Shown piece after piece: positions 44,652 to 56,250 of a DNA stretch of 64,000 nucleotides. The notes under the pieces are model-generated. The model saw only the letters and a program-made list of their open reading frames with translations, was not told the origin of the DNA and made no database searches. The stretch is taken from assembly GCA_039096225.1 (NCBI GenBank), contig JBBPEB010000028.1, positions 620,001-684,000 of the forward strand, written 5' to 3'. A program made the position numbers and the translations under genes. The stretch comes from Blastocystis sp. Blastoise (Eukaryota; Protista; Bigyra: Opalinata). How positions within the stretch are numbered: position 1 is the stretch's first letter; the number at the start of each line of letters is the position of its first letter.

Positions 44652-44860
44652 TGTCAAAAGGTCCAACGACTTTTTTGTTTTGGTTTCCCCAGTGGTGAGC
44701 AGTGAAAATTTTTAAATATGTAGCTGACAAAAGGTTATTTGATTTTTCTGTTTGGTTTCCCCAGTGGTGGAGCAGTGAAAAAATTTTAAAGGGTAGCTGA
44801 CAAAAGGTCCAACGACTTTTTTGCTTTGGTTTCCCCAGTGGTGAGCAGTGAAATTTTTTG
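44652..44860. repeat. Three tandem 73-bp subterminal repeats
   Basis: Units start at 44652, 44725 and 44798, with core TGWCAAAAGG...TTTGGTTTCCCCAGTGGTG(G)AGCAGTGAAA. Confidence 0.92.
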
Positions 44861-45147
44861 TCAGAGTTTCAGTGATTTTATAAAATCGAAAAGCAGTGCA
44901 AAAGTATGACGCACCTTAAAACAATAATTGGCGAATAAAAATGGTTTTAAATATTCTCTATTTTTTCATTTATTGGTTTTTTTATTCTTTTTGTGGTGTA
45001 ATAATAAACGATATAACAAAACAAACAAATTAAATATTATCAAATAATCATAAAAACAAATAATAGAAAACAATAATAATAAATATATAAAAAAAAGATA
45101 ATAAAACATATAATAAATAATATAATAAAATATATATAATATTTAAT

Positions 45148-45818
45148 TTATAATATTTCAACCAGGACAGTTTCAGTCTTTAATTTGCATTTAAGCCTAA
45201 GCAACCTATATAAAGAGATGATATTAATTAACTAGTACTATTAGTAATATATATAACATTTTAAAATAATAATAAAATAAAAATATATACCTTTTATTGA
45301 AGCCATTACTAGAAAAAGCAAGGACCAAAGGCAAGGAACCATCCTATAAAAGATATATTAAATAGTATAAGTAATAAAAAGGAATATAATTAATATATAT
45401 ACATACCTTTGATAAGCCATTCTCTCCAATTAACAACAACGACAGCAACGGAACCCCCGGAAACCTATATAAAGATAGAGTAAGTTATATAATATAATAA
45501 TATATAATAAAGTAAATTAATATAGAATAATAAAATATAAATATATACATTACTGCTATATAAATATAAAGTGGGGTTAGTTATATAATATGTAATAGAT
45601 AATATAGATGATATATACCTTCTTTTAACATTGATTCCTTCCATTCTAGACCTAAAGAACCCATCTATAAGAGAGCCACGACCACACAAAAGAAGGACCA
45701 GAACGTTTAAGGAGACCAGCAAGTGTCAAAACACCAAGCAGAGACAGCTACAATAGAAAAATGAATGAATAGAGTAGAAAAAATAAAATATAAAGAAACA
45801 GCAAACACCTACCATCAT
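45148..45818 (-). other. Five-exon spliced cargo unit (small ORFs, pseudogene or ncRNA)
   Basis: GC-richer blocks 45747-45619, 45464-45407, 45343-45291 and 45205-45148 are each bounded by host-style TATAG|...|GTAT sites. One frame stays open across three junctions. Confidence 0.55.
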
Positions 45819-47658
45819 AATAGTATCATATATAATAAAATAAAAATAAAATTTAATAATATATCATATTAATCATATAAGATATAATAAAATAAATATG
45901 TGATAAGTCATGTAGCATTTTGTTTTGTTATAAAAGGGTGTAATAGGAATTTAGAAGATATAGCTGAAATAATGAAAATAAACATGAATAATCTCATATC
46001 TACTAAATATAGAGAATCTTCATCATAAGAAAAATGAATGGTTAAGAATAAAAGAGAAAGAAAAATTTTATTTCTATGAGGAAAATGGATATTGTTATTG
46101 TTATTTTCAATTTATCATAATTATCATAAGTAATACAAAAATTGTTTTATTTTAAAGAATTATATAGTTATTTATCATTATATCATTTTATAATCAGTTT
46201 TGACTATGGAAGAGTGATTTTTATCCTTAATTGTCAAAATTATTTTTAGTATCACTCAGTAAGTATAAGTCTTTTAAAAAATAAATATAGGTTACAATAC
46301 AGACTTATAGAGAAGACTCTGAAACTTCTATTTCCAGAATAAAAGTCATTTATATAATCCAGAATGATTGCCTGAATCATTATTTAAAGAATCAGTTTTA
46401 TCACATATCTTCAATAAAATTATAAAATAAAGAAAATGAAGATAAAAAGGTCTAGAGTCGAAAAATGTTATGAAATATTATCTTTTTAATGTATTTGTCC
46501 CGATTTTTTATTAATCTGTTATCATAATATGACAAAGAGAGTGGTAAAAACATTTTAAAAGTGAATTAAAGCAATAATTGGAATCAAGTTAAAGTCTTCT
46601 AATACCTTTAAATAGACTTGAAATACATAGAGTAAGCATTTTTTCATGCAAATAGTGTTTTTCATTTAAATAATATCAAAAACAAATCAAAATAGTATTT
46701 TATAATTACTCAGCAAGAACTTTTTCTAGTATTCAAGGACTTACTATTATCAAATATACGTATAAACAAACAAAAATCATATTTTATATATTTTTAGTTG
46801 AATAGTCGGAGTCGTGTTGATAGTTTATTATAAAACAAATGCAAAAATCACTTTTTTGTCAAAAAAAGTCTTATATCGATATATAGTTTTATTCATAATT
46901 TATTTATTGTCTACAAACTCTGTGTATTCATTTTAAGTGATTTTTAGTAAAACTAAAATTATTTGAAATACATATTCTAATTTCGAAAATGACAAAAACA
47001 TATTATATTACATATTTAGTGTTTAAATGAAGTTTAAAAGTTATTAAAATATCAATTAGTTAAAAAATATAAAATATTGAGAATCTCCATTTTTATGACT
47101 TGTCTTAAATCACGTTAAAGGTGTATAATTGAATAGTTGCATTGATTATTTGTATGATTCTAGTAATATTTTCTAAGAATTTTGTTTTTTAACAAGAATA
47201 AATTCTTAATTTATTGTTTATCAACTTAAAAATGTATTTAAATGATTATTTTCTTGTGTAAAAGGGTATAGTGGTTATATGAAAAAAAAATTACGCAGAA
47301 TCATTTGATAATATAATTTTGAAAAATGAGAATTATTATTTTGAACTAAACTAATTTTTCACATATACTCATTATAAAACGACTTGAATAATCTTTTGAG
47401 AAGATTATTTTGTTTTATAATACACTTAAGAAGTAATTGAATGTTATTGTGTCTCTTTTTGTTAAAAAGATTATTTTGAATGCTATTTTTGATTGATCTA
47501 TATATTATCAATGCATTCAATGATGAAATAAATACATATGTAAAGAAAAAATAGTAATTGATCTAATTTATCTTCATCTATTTGAATAGATAATTTTTGA
47601 AAAAATTAATATAATATAATTATTGATACCTATATATAAAGAATTAGTTATGTAATTG

Positions 47659-47727
47659 ACCTTAAGACAGGAATTGAACCTGTTTTCTATCATAAACTGA
47701 TAGATACTTACCAATATAAGCTTAAGG
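47659..47727 (-). ncRNA. Non-canonical tRNA-like cloverleaf
   Basis: CCTTAAG-CTTA TATTGG TAAG-TA-TCTATCA GTTTA TGATAGA-AA-ACAGG TTCAATT CCTGT-CTTAAGG-T. It has four perfect stems and a B-box GGTTCAATTCC, but lacks the U8/A9 linker and a normal anticodon loop. Confidence 0.7.
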
Positions 47728-47739
47728 ATAATATAGAAT

Positions 47740-49470
47740 AAAAATACATAAATGAAAGTAAAATAGTAGGAATAATGAGTCAGTATGATGTGTAAGGATA
47801 TATTTATATATGTATAAGTGAAAAAGGATGCTAGAAGAAGGGAAAAGAAGTAAAAAAGAATAAAAGAGAAAGAAATATAAAGTAAATGAGATAGGGTCTT
47901 TAATTATTGAGATTAATAAAAAAAATGAAAAATAATTTATAATAAATGACAAAGATAGATATATAGAGATCTATAATAATAAGGAATGCAGAAGAGAAGA
48001 GGATTAGAGGATAAAGAATAAGAAGAAGATAAGGAAGATAAGGAAGAAGATAAGGAAGATAAGGAAGAATAAGAAGAAGATAAGGAAGAAGATAAGGAAG
48101 ATAAGGAAGAATAAGAAGAAGATAAGGAAGAATAAGAAGAAGAAAAGAAGAATAGGAAGAAGATAAGGAAGAGAAGGAAGAAGAAGAAAAGAAGAATAGG
48201 AAGAAGATAAGGAAGAAGAAGAAGAAAAAGAAGAAGAAAAAGAAGATAAGGAAGAATAAGAAGAATAAGAAGATAAGGAAGATAAGGAAGAAGAAGAAGA
48301 AGATAAGGAAGAAGAAAAAAAGAAGAATAGGAAGAAGAAAAAGAAAAGAAGAATAGGAAGAAGATAAGGAAGAAGAAGAAGAATAGGAAGAAGAATAAGA
48401 AGAAAAGGAAGATAAGGAAGAATAAGAAGAAGATAAGGAAGAAGAAGAAAAGAAGAATAGGAAGAAGATAAGGAAGAAGAAGAAGAATAGGAAGAAGAAT
48501 AAGAAGATAAGGAAGATAAGGAAGAATAAGAAGAAGGAAATGAATAATGACAACAAGAAGATGAAGAATAAATAGAATAATGATAAGAAAGAATAAATAG
48601 ATTAATAAGAGAACAAGAGGATGAATGTGAAGAAGAGACAAGGAAGGAGGTGAAAAAAAAGAAAGAAAAGTAAGATAAAGAATAGGAAGAAGATATACAA
48701 GAAAATGAAGAAGAAGAGAAAGAAAAGAAAAGAAGAATAAACAAGAAACATATATAGAGAAACAGAAAGATATAAAGAAATAAAAGAGATAGATAGATAG
48801 ATAGATAGATAGAGAGAAAAAAAATACAAAGATATAAATAGATAGATACACTAATAGATGAATAGAAAGAAAGAAGAAAAGAGAGACATAAAGAAGAAAT
48901 TAGATAGAAAGAGATAGAATTCTATATAGAATGAGAGATATACAAAAGAAATCAAATGAAATAGAGAATAAGATAAAAATAGATACAAGAATAAAGATAA
49001 AAAGAGAAATAGAGGAGTAGGGAAGGTGTATAAAAAAGAAAGAATATAAAGATAGGTAGAGAGGAATTGAGAAGGATAGAGAAGGAGGAGGAAAACAGAT
49101 AGAATTGGAAGACGAAGAAAAGAAGATGAGACGAAGAAGGGAGAAAAAAGGAGCAGGAAGTGAATATCAAGAAAGATAAATTTATATAGAAAAAAATTAG
49201 AAAGAAAAATACATACAAAGAAAACGATAGGGAATGATAGAGAGAATTATAATTTGAATGACATAGAGAGAAGGAGAGACAAAGCAAGATAAAGAAGTAT
49301 AATAGAAAAAACAAAGAAGAAAAAAAGAAGAATAAAAAAAGAAAAGATAGAACAATAGTATATGAGAGAAGAAAGAGACAGAAAGAAAACGGGAAATAGG
49401 GTAGAGACATAGAAGGTAATAAAATATATAGAAGGGGAGAGGGGATTGAGATAAATAAATAGATAGATAT

Positions 49471-49539
<69 letters not shown>

Positions 49540-51585
49540 GATAGAAGAATACCGAAAGATATAGAGAAGGAGATAAATATTAATAAAAAGGAAAATATGG
49601 ATAGAGAGGAGATAGAATCAAACAGAGAAGGAGAAGTAGATAAAAGTCGATTGAGGGAAGAGAGAAGTAGATTAAAATAAAAACAAATAGCAAGAGTTAA
49701 AAGGAAGAAGGGAAGAATATAGAATGATTTGAAGAATGAGATGTATATAGAAGTGAATAGAAGGAAATAGAGAAGGAGAAGTAGATAGAAAAGATTAAAA
49801 ATAGAAGGAGATAGAAAGATAAGAGAATGATATAGATACAATAGAATGAGATAGAGAAGATAAAGTAGATAGAAATGGATAGAAATAAGAAAAATAAATA
49901 GGATAAGAGAGAAAGAGAGATAAAAGGATATAAAAGGATATAGAAGGAGAGAAAACGGATTGAGATGTAGTAAGATGGAAGGATGTAGATGGAAATAGAG
50001 AAGTAGATAGAAGATGATGGAGAATAAAGAGGAGATAGAAGAGGAGATAGAAGGAGAAAAAGAAGAAGAGGAAGTAAATTAAGTTAGAAGGAGATATAAT
50101 AAGATAGAGAAGTAGATATACGTAGATATAAGGAAATATACGAAGATATAAGTAGATAAGAGAAAATAGAAGGAAATAGAGAATGAGATTGAGACACATA
50201 AATGAGGTAGAATGAGATAGATAAGGATAGAGAAATATGAAGAGAAATATAGGAATACAGAGAGATAGAATGATGTTGAAAGAGAAAGAAAAGGAAAGAC
50301 TGAAGATTGAGACAGAAGGAGTAGCTGAGATAAAAGGAAGATAGAGAAGGAAATTGAAAGATGAAGGAAGAAGGAGAGAAGATGAAAGAAGAAGAATATA
50401 GAAGAAGATAGAGAATGAGATAATAGGGATAGAAAGAGAAAAATAGGAAAAAAAGATGGTTAGAAGAAAATAGAAAAGGAGAAAGAAGGAGAGATAGAAG
50501 GAGAAATAGAAGGATATAAAAGAGATTAAGAAAGAAGTTAGAGACAAGAAGATATAGATATATAGAAAGAAATAAAAGGATTAAATAGAAGATTAATAGG
50601 AAATAAATAGGAGACATATAGAAGATTAAGATAGAAGAAAAGAGACAAAATAGAAGTAGATATAACAATATAGAGAATGAAAGGATAGAAATAAAAATAG
50701 AAAATAGATAACTAGAACATAAGAATATATAATAATAGAGAGAAGGAGAGAGAGAAGAAAAAGTAGATATAAAGTGGAAAAGGAGACATAGAAGGAAATA
50801 TAAAAGGAAACAAGAAGGTAGAAAGAGACATATAAGATAAAATAGACAGGGACAGAGAGAAATAAATGGAAAAAGAATAAGGATAAAGATGGATACGAGA
50901 ATAGAGAGGGAGAGAAGGAAGATTGAGATAGAATTATACAGAAAGAGGAGAGAAGGAAGATAAAGAAGGAAAATAGGGCAGTAAAAAAAAGGGAATCAGA
51001 AGGAGGAGAGAAGAAGTATGAGAAGAATAGAAAGAAGGAAGAGGAGGAAGGCAAATAATAGAAGAGAACTATATATATAATAAATAGTGATATAAATATA
51101 AATAAGAAGATGAAGATCTGAAAAAAGCAAAGAATTATATGGAGAAGAAGAAGAAGAAGAAGAGGAAGAGGAAGAAAAGGAGGGTATACACTAATACATG
51201 TCGAGGAAAAAGAAGTATAGAATAAGGAGAAGAGGATAACAGGATAAAAGAAAAAGACATAACGAAATACAATGTAAATAGAATAGTGATTAAGAAAGAG
51301 TAATGAAAGAGTGATATAAAAGGGAAGCGAAGATAAGAGAGAGGTATAATTAAAAAAAAAGAAAAATAAAGGAATTTAGATAGAAGAAAAAATAAAAGAA
51401 AAATGAAGATCTGAGGAAGATAATGAATCAAAGGGAGAGACAAGGATATAGGCTGGAGACAAGGCATAGGAAGAAGTAATAAAGAAAGAAGATGAAGAAA
51501 TAAGGAGATAAAAGTGTAGAAGGAAGAAAATGAAGAAGAGAGAAGAAGGAATCATTTTGTGTAAGAAGAAGAAATAAAGAAGAAC
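47740..51585. repeat. ~3.9-kb purine-rich (+)/pyrimidine-rich (-) low-complexity tract, with a GAAGAAGATAAG-type minisatellite (48007-48540) and (AGAT)n runs
   Basis: Almost entirely A/G with very few C on the + strand. This explains the many overlapping F/L/S/Y-rich minus-strand ORFs. Confidence 0.9.
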
Positions 51586-52100
51586 TAGATAATAAATAAA
51601 TAAATAAATAAATAAATAAACATACCTAATAGAAAAAAATAATTTGGTGATGTTGAGTCATAGGGAAAGATAACCAACAGAAACAGTAGAAAACAACCTA
51701 AATAAATAAATAATAATAAATAAAAATATAAAAATAATGAAAATAAATAATAAAATGAATTAGATTCTAATTTAAGAAAAAAACAAAAAGAAAGCTAATA
51801 ATAGATAGAATGAATATACGATAAGTACTCTATTATATAATACTTAAAAATATAACAAAGAAAAAAATTAGAGATAATTATAAAAATAAATAAATACATA
51901 TATACTTTGAAAGTAGTTTGACATCATAGACGTTGTTGACATGGACTGAAGAGGACTCTTATAACCATGGACGAGCAGGAACCTATACATGCTAGAGAAT
52001 GGGAGAATGTTAATATTGATAAAGAATAAAAAATAGTAATATACATACAAGAGAATAATCTGAAGTTAAAATCAACTTCTATTTTTTAAAATAACAGCTA
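51584..52100 (-). other. 5' exons of a putative spliced transcript entering the pyrimidine tract
   Basis: Donor GTATGT at 52048, exon ~51982-51906, exon 51697-51626 and acceptor at 51585. The introns have host-like composition and no convincing protein is encoded. Confidence 0.45.
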
Positions 52101-53653
52101 ATAAAAATAAAATAAAAATAAAGAAAATAAGTAACAAATGAAAATATTTTCTAAGTTAATAGGCTCAATAGCGTATGGGTGTATTCAGGTCTTAAAAGAA
52201 AAATCATTTTTGCGGGAATATCAAGAAACTCAAAAAAAGTATTTTTTCCCTCCTTTTTTCACTGTCACTTTTCTTTAATATTTTTGACTTTTTAGTATTA
52301 AAAACGATTCTTACAGGCATGTATAGAGACTCTATACCACTTTTGAGACTAAAAATCAAATATTTAAAAATGAGTGAAAATCTTGACTAGCAAGAAAAAC
52401 AATTATGTGAAGCTGAGTATGTTGTGTATACACATATCTAACAACAGAGATGATAAAAACACACAACTCCTCTTGGTTTAGGACATAATTATGAATTCTC
52501 TCAAAAAAGCTATTTTAAACCTTAAAACGATACCCTGAACTATAAATCAAGTCCTGAATGATATTCTAAAGTCATATTTTTAAAAACAGGTTTAATGACG
52601 ATAATCAATAAACAAAAACAAGAGCTTCCGTTTTACTTTTCTTTTTTGAATTTTTAATTGTTTTGACTTTCTAGGGTAGTTGGCTGAAAGAAATGTTGTC
52701 GTCTTTAGGCTAAAAAATGATGAATAAAAAAGTCAAGTCATTTTATTGTTTTTTCCTTGGGAAATAAAAAAGAAGAAATTTTTAGGTGTGTTTTGGTTTA
52801 GGCTGTATAATGGTTTTTATTGTAAAAGGACTTGACGAGAATGATTGAAATGATAATACATCACTCAGAGAACACACAACTTTAAAAAATTTGTCACTCA
52901 TGTAATCCATTCCTGGAATTATAGACTTCAGAGAAAAAATTAAAGTCTTTTTGGTTTTAAACAGTCATTTTAAATCATAAAACACTGTAAAATAGTCAAT
53001 ATTTAGAATGTCTATGATTATATAAATAAACAATATATTTTGTAGAGTTATTTTTAAGTTTTTCTCGTCAAAAAGAGAGAAACTTGACAAGTTGGCGGAC
53101 ACTCTTTTCTCGAGTTTAGGCCAACGTATTTTTGATTAAAAAATCCCAGTCATTTTGTTGTTTCTCTTACGGGAAATAGGGTCAAAAAAACACAAAATGT
53201 CCATAGTGTATAATTTTTGAATTCCATCGTTGGAATATTAAATATTAAATATGTATCGACTTTTCTATATATATATTTATGAGTTATTTTTAAAAATTAG
53301 TTTTTTATTGTATAAGTCTGGATTAATAAAAACTAACCTATTTATGTTTATTAATTATAAGGAATATCATTAGCATTTTAGTTTTTTATTTATTCTAAAA
53401 TGATTTATTTATATATATATATCGTTTTCGTTGAAAATTAAAATTTCTTTGTATTCAATTCAATTTCCTTCTCATACTCTTTAATACAAATACTTCTTTT
53501 TTATTCTCTTATTAGTTTATTTTATAAATAAAATCAATATCAATATATAAATATTTCTACAATAATAGAAACAAACCAATTGATGACATACATATATCTA
53601 AACACATAAAACAAGAGAAACAACAATAAATTCTTTGTAAAATGACCTTATTA

Positions 53654-54382
53654 TTAATCTTCTGAAACCCATTTATCATCTTGCATTCCTTTTTTAGCTT
53701 TCTAAACATTAATGTATTTTTAATATATGAAAGATATAATATATATAATAAATAAATAAATAAATAAATAACAAATAAATAATAAATAATAATAAATAAA
53801 TAAAAAATAAAATCAAAAAAAAAAATATCACTATAAATACTCCATAACCCCAAATAGGTTTCCATTCTTTTGTTTGTTCATCGAATTCCATACGATTATG
53901 TTTTCTTTGTTTAATACCTTTTTCACGAGCGAATTTATCCCATTTGGTTTCTTTAATAACAGGAATAGGTTTCTCTCTTGGTATTTGAGAAGTACATTCA
54001 GGAAGATTAGCAACTGGGCCAACTTCAGTGACTTCAGTAGGTAATTGGAATAATTTATTGAATAATAATTGAATATTATCTCTGCTAACACTTTGAAGAT
54101 ATTCTTCCTTATTTTTCTTCAATTCCTATACTTACAGAAATATGAATTTCATAAAATTAAAACTGTTTCAAGAAGAAATTGTGTGTAAAAATATATACTT
54201 CTGTATTTAATGCATGTGTATCGAAAGCAGCAAGATTTCCAAGATCATAATTAAGATCATTTTCCTTTCCTTCTTGATCTACAGTAGCACTTTTGAAAAC
54301 TAATGTATACAAAGAATAATATAAATACATATTTATATATACCAGAATTAGGAACTCTCTTTACTTGTAATATAGTAGACAT
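53654..54382 (-). CDS. RRS1: Ribosome biogenesis regulatory protein Rrs1 (short form)
   Basis: Motifs YDLGNLAAFD, SRDNIQLLFNKLFQLP, IPREKPIP, TKWDKFAREKGI and EWKPIWGYG|KAKK. Four exons. Confidence 0.93.
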
Positions 54383-55075
54383 AATAATTCTCTAAATGTA
54401 TGAAAACGATAAAGAAATAGATGAAAGGCAAAAACAAAAAAGTGTCTTTCTTCATTGACTTTTTCACGGAAATCATTCAAAGAAAACCATTGTTTTGAAG
54501 CCTAAAAAGTAACGTAATGAATCGTGGAACTTGGTGTTTTTTGGCCACATTATTTTTTAGGTCATCAATTTTTCATTTATTGATTTTACTTTTATTATCA
54601 AGTTTCTATTTATATTTCTATGCTGAAGAAATTTATGAATAGTCACTAAATAAAATTTCTGGATCAATAAAATGAAAAAAGCAGAATTCTTTCATACAAT
54701 AACTGATTCCCTTGATTGTTGCCGATAACCTTCTTAATGTTGGCCGATACTTTCAATAAGAAACACATATCTATATTATAATTATAAATATACATCCAAT
54801 AGAGTAATGAATAAAAATATATTGAAGATTATTAAAAAACGAAACTGTCTTCAAAACGTTGTTCATAAGGAAGTGTGTCATTTTTCTTCAAAAATAAAAA
54901 AGGGTGAGTTTCCCCTATAAAAAGAGTTTTACTAATGAATAAAAAACAAGTTTGTGACCATTCAAAAGGATGAGCCGAGAAACACGAGGAATAATGAATT
55001 TCATGCAGAAATGTCGTTGAGAATCATGGTTTTTCGATAATTTGTTTTGTAGTTGTTTTTTCTTTCTTTCTTTCA

Positions 55076-56175
55076 ATGCAAAAACTAATAAATAAAGGTT
55101 TTTTAAAGACCGCATTTACTGTTTTAAATTTAAATAAGACTACTTTACAGTCTACTATTCCTTTAAGGCAATTCAGTAAGAAAACTAAGAAGATGGAACC
55201 CACTATAGACGTTGATGCTCTTCGTGCTAAGGTTGTACAACAAGGAGCTGTTGTAAGACAACTTAAGAAAGATAATGCTGGACAAAATGATCTTGTTGCT
55301 GGTATTTTATTATGATTTGTGACATTTTTTGTTGTTATTTTTTGTTTTATATATATTCTTTATATACATAAATATAGCTATTGAGACTCTTCAACATTTA
55401 AAGAAAGAATTAGAAGAAGCTGTTAAGAAATATGAAGAGAAAGATACTTTTGATCGTGCTGCTTTTGATAAACTTACTCTTAGTAGAATGTTTGTTGTTC
55501 CTTCCTTTGAAATATATGGAGGTATTGCTGGTCTTTATGATTTTGGTCCTGCTGGCTGTGCTTTAAAGGCAAATTTCATTAACCTTTGGAAGAGACATTT
55601 CATTTTAGAAGAAGAAATGCTTGAACTTGAATGTACTAACTTAACTCCTTATTGTGTTCTTAAGACTTCAGGTCATGTTGATAAATTTACTGATTTAATG
55701 GTTAAAGATGTTAAAACTGGTGATTGTTACAGAGCTGATATATCCTTATTATGATTATATATTTTATTTTATTTTATTTATTTATTTTATTTTATTTTAT
55801 TGTTTTATTATATATATATATGTTTCTTTAATCTATGTGTGTACAAGTTATTAGAAGCTAAAATAGATGAACTCTTAGAAGACATCACTCTTACTGAAGA
55901 ACAAAGACAAGAATTAGATAGAATACGTATTCAAGCTGATTCTTATTCTCCTGAAGAATTAGAAGAGTTATTTGCTAAATATGATATTAAGGCTACTATT
56001 ACTGGAAATGATCTTACTAAACCTTATCCTTTTAATCTTATGTTCGCTACTAACATTGGTCCTGAAGGAAATAATCAAGGTTTCCTTCGTCCTGAAACTG
56101 CTCAAGGTATGTTTGTCAACTTCAAACGTTTATTGGATTATAATAACCATAAATTCCCTTTCGCTGCTGCTCAAG

Positions 56176-56250
<75 letters not shown>

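Larger units (their letters stand above)
44627..53208. mobile_element. Non-autonomous CACTA/EnSpm-type DNA transposon (8.58 kb)
   Basis: Left end CACTATGGACATTTT (44627-44641) and right end AAAATGTCCATAGTG (53194-53208) form a perfect 15-bp TIR. Both ends are flanked by TA. Subterminal tandem repeats are present, and the interior has no conserved host gene or transposase. Confidence 0.8.

Noticed and set aside
44652-44860. CRISPR-like array
   Set aside because: Units are whole tandem repeats without unique spacers, in a eukaryotic context with no cas genes.
48007-50550. Plus-strand E/K/R/D protein with TAA/TAG read-through (alternative genetic code)
   Set aside because: Frame is not maintained, and host genes here end in TAA and TAG normally.
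47722-51467. Many long minus-strand F/L/S/Y-rich ORFs as membrane proteins
   Set aside because: They overlap in all three frames and follow from pyrimidine composition, which yields few stop codons.
51940-51985. Hammerhead ribozyme (CTGAAGA core)
   Set aside because: No complementary stem II and no GAAA.
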